A DNA stretch of 64,000 bases, from assembly GCF_001194135.2 (NCBI RefSeq), contig NC_068983.1:54386967-54450966 (forward strand), read 5' to 3'. Shown here piece by piece: positions 53,683-64,000 of this stretch. Below the pieces are notes generated by a model. The model made no database searches and had not been told where the DNA came from. It saw only the letters and a program-made list of their open reading frames with translations. Every line of letters begins with the position of its first letter. Position 1 is the stretch's first letter. Both the position numbers and the translations under genes were made by a program. This stretch comes from Octopus bimaculoides. Its lineage: Eukaryota.

Positions 53683-54166
53683 ACCCTCTCTGTCTCTCTC
53701 ACTGACTATTTCTCTATCTCCATGCTTCTCTGTTTCTCCTGATAAAGGACTAATGTCCGAAACGTCAAGGCACTTTCGCTTTTTATTTAAGCGCTAGGCT
53801 AAATACATTGTCTGTTAAACTTCCTGTGTAGTTTTTTTTTACTGTTCATTGTATTTACATCATATATGTATGTATGTATGTATGTATGTAAACATACGCG
53901 CACACATATAGATTAAACGTAGTAAAAATTACGATAAACACAACTTACGTCATTTATTCTCACGTACGTTTCTTCTGCATTTGCTCTATTTATTGTAAAT
54001 AGTAATACTACCAAGTATAGAAATAACTTAACCACTATTCTGATAGCAGGCTGGACGATAATAATCTGCGTGAGCTCTAAACTTAACAGTAGCAGACGTA
54101 CGTCTATATGTACACAAAACATACACACACATACATACATACACGTATATACATTTTATATATATA

Positions 54167-54388
54167 TGAGGGGAGGGGCTGAAAAGTTCCTGGCTTTAAG
54201 AGTTTCGTGAAATGCCTGGATGGTGGTCTAACCTTCCGAATTTTTTTTTTGCAGGGCTTAGAAAAACTGAAGGACCACGGCAATAAGTGTGTGAATCTGA
54301 GAGGGGGATAATTTCGCTAAAATCATAATTAACTGATTCTCCTGTATTTTCTTTTACTCAAAACCAGGAACGTTTCAGCACCTCCTCG
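54167..54388. mobile_element. mariner-type MITE
   Basis: GAGGGGAGGGGCTGAAAAGTTCCTGG ... CCAGGAACGTTTCAGCACCTCCTCG|TA. Confidence 0.75.
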
Positions 54389-54409
54389 TATACATACATA
54401 CATACATAT

Positions 54410-54835
54410 GTTACTCTGTCCAGATTACAAGTTCAGGTTTATGCCTGTAATTATTGGGGCCCTGGGATATGTAACACACTGTCTAAATACCAATCTTGAG
54501 AAATTAAGCTTCTCAAAACAAGAAAGGAGAAAGCTAATTCGAAGACTACAGATCCAATCCATCACTGGAACTGTAAACATCTGTAAAACTTTCCAGAAGT
54601 CTATAATTTAAATACATATGAACATGTCTAGATATGCAACTATATACATGAGAATACATACATAAAACATATAAATCTGCACATACGTACATACATACAT
54701 GCATACATACATACATACATACATACAAACAAACAAAAATACCTAGTTGTTGATGTTGAAATTCCAATGAAGGAGCTTTGGATCTTGGTCAGAAACCGGT
54801 TCTTTCTCTATTGGCAAGAAATCTTGAAATAAACT
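54410..54835 (+). mobile_element. 3' end of a restriction-like-endonuclease non-LTR retrotransposon (R4/Dong-type)
   Basis: ORF ...FRFMPVIIGALGYVTHCLNTNLEKL...LQIQSITGTVNICKTF* resembles the P-I-V-I-G-A-L-G C-terminal RLE region of R4/Dong-like elements. It is 5'-truncated at a (TACA)n array and followed by UTR. The clade call is from memory of the motif. Confidence 0.6.
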
Positions 54836-54868
54836 GAATAATTATATACATTGTATTATGTTACATTA

Positions 54869-56277
54869 TCTATATATATAAAAATGAGAATGTGTGTGTG
54901 TGTGTGTGTGTGTCTGTCTGTCTGTCTGTCTGTGTGAATCCCTAAAACTCGAGAACTACACAACCAATTTCATTCAAATTTTACAGATGCCTTACTTAGG
55001 GTTCCAGTTGTGTTTTAGTCAAAAAACATTTTAACTTCTTGCAGAGTTCGAGCCCACAGCAACATAATATCTCCTCCACTNNNNNNNNNNNNNNNNNNNN
55101 NNNNNNNNNNNNNNNNNNNNNNNNNNNNNNNNNNNNNNNNNNNNNNNNNNNNNNNNNNNNNNNNNNNNNNNNNNNNNNNNNNNNNNNNNNNNNNNNNNNN
55201 NNNNNNNNNNNNNNNNNNNNNNNNNNNNNNNNNNNNNNNNNNNNNNNNNNNNNNNNNNNNNNNNNNNNNNNNNNNNNNNNNNNNNNNNNNNNNNNNNNNN
55301 NNNNNNNNNNNNNNNNNNNNNNNNNNNNNNNNNNNNNNNNNNNNNNNNNNNNNNNNNNNNNNNNNNNNNNNNNNNNNNNNNNNNNNNNNNNNNNNNNNNN
55401 NNNNNNNNNNNNNNNNNNNNNNNNNNNNNNNNNNNNNNNNNNNNNNNNNNNNNNNNNNNNNNNNNNNNNNNNNNNNNNNNNNNNNNNNNNNNNNNNNNNN
55501 NNNNNNNNNNNNNNNNNNNNNNNNNNNNNNNNNNNNNNNNNNNNNNNNNNNNNNNNNNNNNNNNNNNNNNNNNNNNNNNNNNNNNNNNNNNNNNNNNNNN
55601 NNNNNNNNNNNNNNNNNNNNNNNNNNNNNNNNNNNNNNNNNNNNNNNNNNNNNNNNNNNNNNNNNNNNNNNNNNNNNNNNNNNNNNNNNNNNNNNNNNNN
55701 NNNNNNNNNNNNNNNNNNNNNNNNNNNNNNNNNNNNNNNNNNNNNNNNNNNNNNNNNNNNNNNNNNNNNNNNNNNNNNNNNNNNNNNNNNNNNNNNNNNN
55801 NNNNNNNNNNNNNNNNNNNNNNNNNNNNNNNNNNNNNNNNNNNNNNNNNNNNNNNNNNNNNNNNNNNNNNNNNNNNNNNNNNNNNNNNNNNNNNNNNNNN
55901 NNNNNNNNNNNNNACTTTCATTGTGATTTCTGCAATGTGGTGCATAAATTGTCAAGTAAATGAGACGCATCTTTGCCTCCACTGATTCACTTGCAAAGTG
56001 TTGAGTAAAATTATTTCGTTGCAGACCTCCTTTGGGTCTTTTTATTATCACTACGACACACATAGTCCCCAGTTGGTAACATTGATTTCAAGGCCCTCCT
56101 AGATGAGAGACTGGCATTCCACTTAATGGCTACGTTCCATGCTGGCATGGATTGGAGAGTTATTAATCTAGAAATATGGTATCATAGCTACTAACAGTTG
56201 AGGGTTGCGTAGTCTAGACGGCGTTTTTAGATTTCATTATTCTCTTTAACCCGGGCAAAGCCGGGTATTTCTGCTAG
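54869..56277 (+). mobile_element. Non-autonomous Helitron-type element (gap inside)
   Basis: Starts A|TCTATATATATAAAA and has an internal (TG)/(TCTG) microsatellite. Ends with hairpin ACCCGG-GCAAAG-CCGGGT (56249-56266), a 7-nt spacer and CTAG|T, i.e. inserted between A and T. Confidence 0.8.
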
Positions 56278-56899
56278 TGTTATATAAATATACATTTATC
56301 TATCTGTATTGTATTTGTATATCTATGTATCTATATTTATTTACATATATTTATGTATGTATCTGTATTTCGATACCTTTGAAAACGGCGTCTGTATACA
56401 GTAAGATAGCTGTTCGATGTACAGAGATCTTTATAAACACTAGACTTAAAAATAAGTATCGTTTTCGATATGATCGCCAAAAACCCTTCAGTGTGTTATC
56501 CGTCCGTAGCCACAGTCCAATAACTAAAGCATAAAAGATTAAATAGTAATGATTACAGGACAGCTCCTTGGCGCACAACTCTGCAGTTATATGACTTTAT
56601 CGATAGTGTGTGATCATTATTAATATCTGTTAGAGTTAAGGTTTGGCATCGTTACAGAAACATGCACCCATTCTGATAATTCCGCGCCTTCACCATCGCC
56701 ATCTCAATGTCGAAATGACGTAATTTGTAGTATTTTGATTACGTGATCGACTTTATTCAATACACTAAAATCAAAGTGAAACAGTATTATCATGTATGTT
56801 CTTGTGTGGAGACAGTTCCGACTCTTGGAGAAGTGATGAAGCTGGCTTATCTTTCAAAAGATTGTTTATCCTATAGGAAATGTTGTCAGCTTCGCATTG

Positions 56900-57315
56900 A
56901 TGATTTATTGGTTGTTGTTGTTGTTGGTGGTGGTGGTAGTGGTGAGAGTGATGTTGCTGCTGAAGTTGTTGATGTTATTGCAGTTGTTGTTGTTGTTGTT
57001 GTCGTTATTGCTGTTGTTGTTCTAGCTGATGTTTTCTTTCATTTTTTTTGTGATGCTACCGTTGTTGCTGCTGCCTCTGTTGTTGTTGCTGTTGTTGTTG
57101 TTACTTTTTCTGCTGCTGCTTTTGCTGCTGCTGCTTTTCTCATTCTTCTTATTGCAGTTGTTTTTGTTGTTCATGTATTGTCCTTGCAATTGGTTATGGT
57201 GCTGCTCTCGTTGTTGCTACTGCGTTTATTATTATTATTATTATTATTATCATCATCATCATCATTATTATTATTATTATTATTATCATTATTACTATTA
57301 TCGTTGTTATTATTA
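56900..57315. repeat. Compound trinucleotide array (GTT/GGT/GCT/ATT/ATC)
   Basis: Seen directly; it produces the low-complexity 197-aa ORF. Confidence 0.9.
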
Positions 57316-58083
57316 TCGGTTGTCAAGCGATGGTGAATGGGTGGGGACAAGCACAGATATACAAACACACACACACACACATGACGGACTTGTTTCAGTT
57401 TCCGTCTACCAAATCCACTCACAAGGCTTTGGTCGGCCCGAGGCTATAGTAGAAGACACTTGTCCAAAGTGCCATGCAGTGAGACTGAACCCGGAACAAT
57501 GTCATTAGGAAGCAAGCTTCTTACCACACAACCACTACTGCACCTTCTTACCACACAGCCACTCATATATATATATNNNNNNNNNNNNNNNNNNNNNNNN
57601 NNNNNNNNNNNNNNNNNNNNNNNNNNNNNNNNNNNNNNNNNNNNNNNNNNNNNNNNNNNNNNNNNNNNNNNNNNNNNNNNNNNNNNNNNNNNNNNNNNNN
57701 NNNNNNNNNNNNNNNNNNNNNNNNNNNNNNNNNNNNNNNNNNNNNNNNNNNNNNNNNNNNNNNNNNNNNNNNNNNNNNNNNNNNNNNNNNNNNNNNNNNN
57801 NNNNNNNNNNNNNNNNNNNNNNNNNNNNNNNNNNNNNNNNNNNNNNNNNNNNNNNNNNNNNNNNNNNNNNNNNNNNNNNNNNNNNNNNNNNNNNNNNNNN
57901 NNNNNNNNNNNNNNNNNNNNNNNNNNNNNNNNNNNNNNNNNNNNNNNNNNNNNNNNNNNNNNNNNNNNGCTGTGTGGTAAGAAGGTGCAGTAGTGGTTGT
58001 GTGGTAAGAAGCTTGCTTCCTAATGACATTGTTCCGGGTTCAGTCTCACTGCATGGCACTTTGGACAAGTGTCTTCTACTATA
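57316..58083. mobile_element. CORE-like SINE 5' part (-) and an exact inverted copy of its head (+) across a gap
   Basis: 57445-57559 is the exact reverse complement of 57969-58083. Confidence 0.75.
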
Positions 58084-60820
58084 TATAGTATCCCCTTCTT
58101 TCATTTTACAATGTTTAAATTTCATAAAATATTAAACGGAACTGTCCTTGAAATGTTTGATGGTGCCAAATTTTTCAGATGTTACAAAGAGGGTTTTAAA
58201 AATTTAGTCTTAACTATGACCCAATTAAAGATGAAATTCCTTTACAATTCCCTATTAAAATGTCACTCTGGTACTTTCCTATTATCGACAGTCAATTCTA
58301 TTATTAACTGAACTATTTCCCTCGTGAAACACATGTAATAGCTGATCGACAGACTCTCGGAACACTTTCTCGCGCAGTAAAAAGATACTGTCATCATTGG
58401 TTGCTGAGATTTTTTTCATGATTGTGCTGTTATTGTTTGGTGTAAGCTGGCCTGCGTGTTATGCACACATGAACAGACGCGGACATAATTGCATATTTTT
58501 ATTACAAGATTTATTGTACTGGAGAACAAGTGAATATAAACTTCCAATGACTGCTGATAGAGAAAGTAAGAGATTAAAATCGAGCATAGTAAAGCTGAAT
58601 AAGACTCGAGTTGTCGAACAGAGTTGGTTTGCAATTACGAAGTAGAATTCCTTTCATTTTTAGCTGGATTCAGCAAAGGAAAACTTGGTGTTACTTGGGA
58701 AGAGGCGAGATGTGTGTTCTCCATAGCTCTCACAAATCTCTCACAAATCTTACTTGTGGCGAGAAATGAGAATGTGTGTTCCTAGTGACAGTCTCAAACT
58801 TCTGCTCTTATTCTTGACGCGAAACTGCTTAAATATTAAGAAAAGCGGAAGAACTTCAAAGGCATGACATCGCTGCAAGCTGATTGGCTGATAATCAAGA
58901 CAGACCACATGATTCGAGTGTGATGTGCACGTGTCTCGAATCTTGCAACTGAGGCTTTTAGGTTCAATTCTAGATCGCACTACAAGCTATTAAAGCTCAT
59001 GGAGAAGGAAAAGAACAAGGAATTGAAACAAAGATCAATAATTTATTTACTAATCCTTTAGTAAATACAAAAAAAAATTGACTAGCGATAATGGGAAAGT
59101 ACCGTAATTTTTCTCCATAGAGCCTTCCCACAATCTACGATGCTCAAATTCCCTACCGGGTCGAATATAGTGTGCTTCATCCTAAAATTGTTAAGAGATA
59201 ATTAAACCCTCAAATCGCTTTGGTATATAAGTAATTTTGTTATCAACGGGGTATGTCTATATGCTGTCCTACTCTTCCATGAACCAAATTCATATACAGG
59301 GCATTGGGTTGCCTAGGGCTATAGTAGAAAACGCTTGCTAAAGATAGTACCACTAACTGCGACTGAACTGGAAACCATCTTGTTGGAAAGCGAACTTCTT
59401 AACCACACAACCGTCTCTGTGCCCACCACATCGATCTATCATGCTGAGAAATGATTCCCAAACGTAATAAAGTGAACATAATAGAATTATATTTTAAAAA
59501 TGCGAAACTATAAAGTGAAATTTCATGCTTTCTTTATTAAATACTTAATTTTTTGAAGCTTAAATTTAAAAAAAAATACTTACAGGATAAAATATATTAA
59601 AACAGAACGGGCAATGTGTTGTGTTCTTGAATAAAACACATCATTTCACGTTGTTCCACTCCGTTCAGCTATAAATAAGCAACTCTGTGACGGGCTGTAT
59701 AGAAGGAATGTTTTGATCTCGGTCACCTACACGCCATGGAAACCAGGTAAACGGTGTTATGAGTTCCAGGATCGGGACATTAATGTCCAGAGGATGGTGG
59801 CGGCGACGGCCGTGGTGGTGGTGGTCGTCGTTGTCGTGGTGGCGGTGGAGATGATGATGGTGATCATGATGATGATGATGATGATGTCAGAAATTCTATC
59901 ACTTCGAGTGCATGCTTCAAAGCATTTTACGCTAGAACAGTTTCGCACTTCATCATTAGGAAAGACTCTTGAGCATTCCACTTATGATGTTCCTTGACCA
60001 GAGATCCGCTAGATTTTGAAACCCGAGGCACAGTGTATTGATTTTAGTTTTCTGAATGTTTCATTTTCCACCAAAACAATTTCGTTATTTATACATTCAT
60101 TTCAACTTAACAAGTAACGTAGTTGGGGGTGGCGAAGGAGCACGATAGGGTGGTCCGTCTCGGGTGACGCTTTTATAGGGGCGGCACGTGTGGGTCTGCT
60201 GTGAAGGGCTGTCCTAAGTGACACACATTCTAGCGAGATCATTGAGCTAAACATTCACAAGGGAGTGCTACGCATGGGAAAAATATGGTTTTTAAAGGAA
60301 AATGGAATAGCCAGGACAAGATCAGAGAGAAGTGGAAACTTTAAAATAAATCCTTTTTGCATCATGCACAGAGTCTGAAATTTTGGGGTTGGGGCTAAGT
60401 CGGTTATCCCAGTGCTCAACTGCTACATATTTTATCGACCCCGAACGGATGAGAGGTAAAAAGAAGAAGGCCTGAAATTTTGTTGGGGTGGGGTTAGTCG
60501 ATTAAATCAAACCCAGTACCTAGCTGGTACTTATTTCAACAACCCTGAAAGGATGAATGACAAAGTCGACCTCAGCGGAATTTGAATGCACAATGTAAAG
60601 ACGAGCAGAATGCAGGTAAACATTTTGTCCTGCGTGCTAACGATTCTGCCATCTCGCCACCTTAACTTTAGAGTAAATAATGGTGAAAATAATGGACAAT
60701 CTCAGTCAGAGAAGAATTCAGTCAAATTCATAGCCATTGATATTGATGTACGTTCAGATTTTTTAAAAGATAAGTTTATATAAATGATAGAAACTTCACG
60801 GATTGTTAACCAGCATACAC

Positions 60821-61000
60821 CGTATCAGAACAATTACCCCCGAGGACAATTACCCGCCATAAGACAATTCCCCTGACGACAACTACCCCTAGGAAAATTA
60901 TTCCCTCTCCAATATACAAAGAAGTTTTAAATCATCATCTGTTCTCCTTAGGGGTAATTGCCCCGGAGGGAGGGTGTCATTGTCCACGGGGGTATACTCG
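60821..61000. mobile_element. MITE-like element with inverted subterminal (GA)CAATTACCCC repeats
   Basis: Five roughly 16-17-bp units at 60828-60910 and inverted units (GGGGTAATTGCCCC, CATTGTCC) at about 60950-60990. Confidence 0.5.
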
Positions 61001-62733
61001 CGTACACACCTTGTGAAAACTTTGGCGGAGATCTCATTGAAGGACAATACAAAAGAAATGTAGATAAAGTTATCTACAGAAACTCAATAAGGAATTACAA
61101 AACTGTTTATAAGATCGGAAAGAATATTTAGTAATCTTTCTACCTATGTATACATAAAATGGCGAACAGCAAAGCGAAATATTACCGAAAGTAAACATGT
61201 AGAATGACAAATACAAGAATTTGTTTTTCTTTAAACTTCTTTGAGTTATTTCATTTAACTTTTATTTAACTTTTAAATATAAACAGAATAACCTTCAGAT
61301 AATTGTTGAATCTTCCATTTATAACTCTCTCAAATAGAAGATATAAAAAATAAAAATCTGTAAACAAGTTATTCAGATAAATTTTTATCCTCTCTTTGTA
61401 AAATGTATTTCTATTTTTATATTCGAAAACACATCTAGAATTAAGTAAAAGATATGAAATTACTAATAAAAAAAAATGAATTCCTCTATATGCTATTGCG
61501 ATTAGTGATGATTTTTGTCTCATTGTTGTTAGCTATGTTATATGTATAAAGATCGAAAGATTACCGAGTATTTTTTTTCTTCTATTAAAAAGGCTGAAAC
61601 AAGAATTCTAGTTAATGTTGAAGTTAATTCTTGTTCCATTTTGAGGTGCTCGAGCGATGGCATATCTCGTAGGAAAGTTCCCGGAAATGACCGAACATTA
61701 GCTGGACATTAATCAATTATAAAACAAAAAGTGGAGAGTAAGAAGTAAATGACTTGATTTTTTACCATTTGCTGAAAGTGTAGTGAGGCTCCTGTTAAGT
61801 TTGGAACCATCGTGCTCAGTTCCACAGCCACAAACTATACCGTCATAAAAGCAAGGCCAGTTACGAAAAACTGTTTCCATAAAGGCATTAACTTCAATAC
61901 GAACGAGGCTCGGTGAATCAGATCGTTTGATATATAACCAAATCAGCTAGAATATTCTCGCCAAACGGTTTAGTCGAACTTTCTAGAACTCCGTTGGTGA
62001 TATAAAAAACTGGCGAATTGTATCCCAGGCAGGGCTAGCCAGAAGTTCACACGCCGCCTTGTCATTCTACTGCGTGAGAAGGTCTCTCACCCTCTTCTAT
62101 GTTTTCCTTATAGAACGACACCTGCTGCTATACGGAAATATGTCATACAGTTCCATGATAGGTGTTTTCATTTATTCAACTGGAACAACCTGAGGTGTTA
62201 CTCGAAGCTATGCCAACCAACTTGTGATAAGGTGTTCTCATTCTTTTCAATTGTTTCGTTCTCAACAACTATGAACTGTTTTTGTATTACTCTGAAAGCG
62301 CGTGGCATTTGTATTACTCTGATACTCGACGGCACGTTGTGTCCTTGAGAAAAAACGCTTCATTTCACGTTGCTCCCGCCCACTCAGCTGCCAAAAATGA
62401 GGAGTACTCGTAATTCAAAAGGCTAGCCTTGTCACATCCTGCGTCACTCTGAATCTCTTTGAGAACTACGTTAAGGGTAGGCGTGTCTTTGGAATGCTCA
62501 GCCACTGGAACGTTAATTTCACAGAACAGGCTGCTCCGGTGATTAGATCAACTGAAACACTCGTCGTCGTAAGAGAGGAATACCAGTTATATAATATAGT
62601 AAAACTTTGTACTTGTTCCATTCGATATTTCTTGGATGCCGTCCTATTTATTCAACTGTCGAATTTATGTCAATGCAAATGTTCCTGGTTAATAGAAGTC
62701 TATGGGAAATAATAGTATTAGTTTGGCCACTAA

Positions 62734-62950
62734 GGGCGGTGAGCTGGCAGAATCGTTAGCACGCCGGGCAAAATGCTTAGTGGCATTTCGTCCGTTTTGA
62801 TGTTCTGAGTTCAAATTCCACCAAGGTAGAATTTTTCTTTCATCCTTTCGGGGTCGATAAAATAAGTACCAGTCGAACACTGATGTCGATGTAATCGAGT
62901 TACTCCCTCCATCGAAATTGCTGGACTCGTAACAAAATTTGAGACCAATA
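62734..62950 (+). mobile_element. tRNA-derived SINE, same family as 9283 (other copies at about 20265-20410, 50797-50975, 60370-60660 minus, 63225-63290)
   Basis: GGCGGTGAGCTGGCAGAATCGTTAGC...GAGTTCAAATTCC...TTTCATCCTTTCGGGGTCGATAAAATAAGTACCAG; CpGs intact. Confidence 0.8.
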
Positions 62951-63336
62951 TTAATGTGGTCTCTGTGAACGCAACACGCAGCCCACTACATGAATAAACT
63001 ATTTAGCAAACCTAATATTACACTATAAAGGAAATCTGACAGATATCTCTCGCCGCTTCAGCGAACACCAAAACTGCGTATTAACAGTAAGTGGGTGTAA
63101 GGAGAAACAAGTGAATAAGAAGCAAAATGTAAAACAACACAAGACAAATGAAAAAAAATTATGTCGTTAGATGTCAAACAGATATCGAATTAGTTAAATG
63201 AAGTATGAAACTGTATGAGTCGTGGTATGTATTCAGAGGGTCTTCCTTCAGTTCAAAACCCACCGAAGTCGATCAACTTTGCCTTTCATAACCAACGTCT
63301 TGAACAACATCAAAAGCAATAGCAATATATTCTTGT

Positions 63337-63393
<57 letters not shown>

Positions 63394-63396
63394 TTA

Positions 63397-63596
63397 TTGT
63401 AATCCCTTGCCATATCGTGGTTCACTTATCACGGTTTATTATTTAAGTTTACGTCGATTCCTCCGTGGTGTTGTTTTGCATTTATAATAAAATAAATATA
63501 TAAAAATTATAAAGTTAGTTAAAAAAAAATACAGTGCAGTACTGTTTTTACTTCGTGGATTTTCACCTAACGTAACACCCGCGATAGTCGAGGGGT

Positions 63597-63603
<7 letters not shown>
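63397..63603. mobile_element. pogo/Tigger-like MITE, shorter deletion derivative in opposite orientation
   Basis: GTAATCCCTTGCCATATCGTGG... and ...CCCGCGATAGTCGAGGGGTTACT match the two ends of the 14133 element. Confidence 0.65.
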
Positions 63604-63646
<43 letters not shown>

Positions 63647-63660
63647 TATATATATATATA

Positions 63661-63830
63661 GGCGCAGGAGTGGCCGTGTGGTAAGTAGCTTGCTTACCAA
63701 CCACATGGTTCCGGGTTCATTCCCACTGCATGGCACCTTGGGCAAGTGTCTTCCACTATAGCCACGGGCCGACCAAAGCCTTGTGAGTGGATTTGGTAGA
63801 CGGAAACTGAAAGAAGTCCGCCGTATATAT
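63661..63830 (+). mobile_element. Young CORE-like SINE 5' half
   Basis: GGCGCAGGAGTGGCCGTGTGGTAAG...GGCCGACCAAAGCC; CpGs retained. Confidence 0.8.
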
Positions 63831-64000
63831 GTATATATATATATACCGTGAATTTTTTTAGAGACACTTTCAAATTTATCAGAATATTGAGGCTGAAGAT
63901 TGGAATAGTGAAATTTCTATTCACTTAACCATGAAACGATTCGTATCCAATTAACTAAAAGCTTGGCTTGTTTACGCTTTTCCCTCCGGTTTTTTGTTCT

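Noticed and set aside
54770-54815. CCAATGAAGG...GAAACCGGTTC hammerhead-like string in the R4-type 3' UTR
   Set aside because: Core CUGAUGA and stems I/II do not fit.
56743-57336. 197-aa Val/Ala/Leu-rich ORF and overlapping ORFs
   Set aside because: Translation of a compound trinucleotide microsatellite running into a SINE; no domain, and reverse frames contain stops.
58397-58645. 82-aa ORF with a signal-peptide-like stretch
   Set aside because: Starts at a non-ATG codon, has no recognisable motif and has only weak splice signals.
59790-59890. GC-rich Gly/Val/Met-coding stretch
   Set aside because: Trinucleotide (GTG/GAT) tail of a SINE-like element.

Overview
AT-rich, microsatellite- and SINE-saturated eukaryotic DNA with about 16 N gaps, mostly flanked by (TA)n or other simple repeats. 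The repeat families point to a coleoid cephalopod, most likely Octopus (inference). There is one convincing protein-coding exon: the first coding exon of a minus-strand type II membrane protein (45208-44792, phase-0 GTAAGT donor). Its TM segment and Cys-containing stalk resemble molluscan TNF/TRAIL-like ligands; the TNF-homology exons were not found in the window. The rest is intronic or intergenic and contains several tRNA-derived SINE families, RTE 3' ends, an internally deleted DD41D (rosa/Visitor) Tc1/mariner element, a deleted hAT, a non-autonomous Helitron, an R4/Dong-type LINE 3' end, TTAA-, pogo- and mariner-type MITEs and Penelope-like relics. The most interesting non-annotated signals are: (1) a minimal type I hammerhead-ribozyme-like motif with a palindromic loop 3 in a foldback Penelope-like relic, plus several decayed relatives; (2) a tandem hairpin + H-type-pseudoknot module in RTE 3' UTRs; (3) a kB/STAT/HSE motif cluster upstream of the TNF-like gene; (4) a CpG-depletion boundary near 37-41 kb; (5) a diverged local inverted duplication at 38-40 kb. 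All calls come from visual reading only, and repeat coordinates are approximate unless TIRs or TSDs are quoted.
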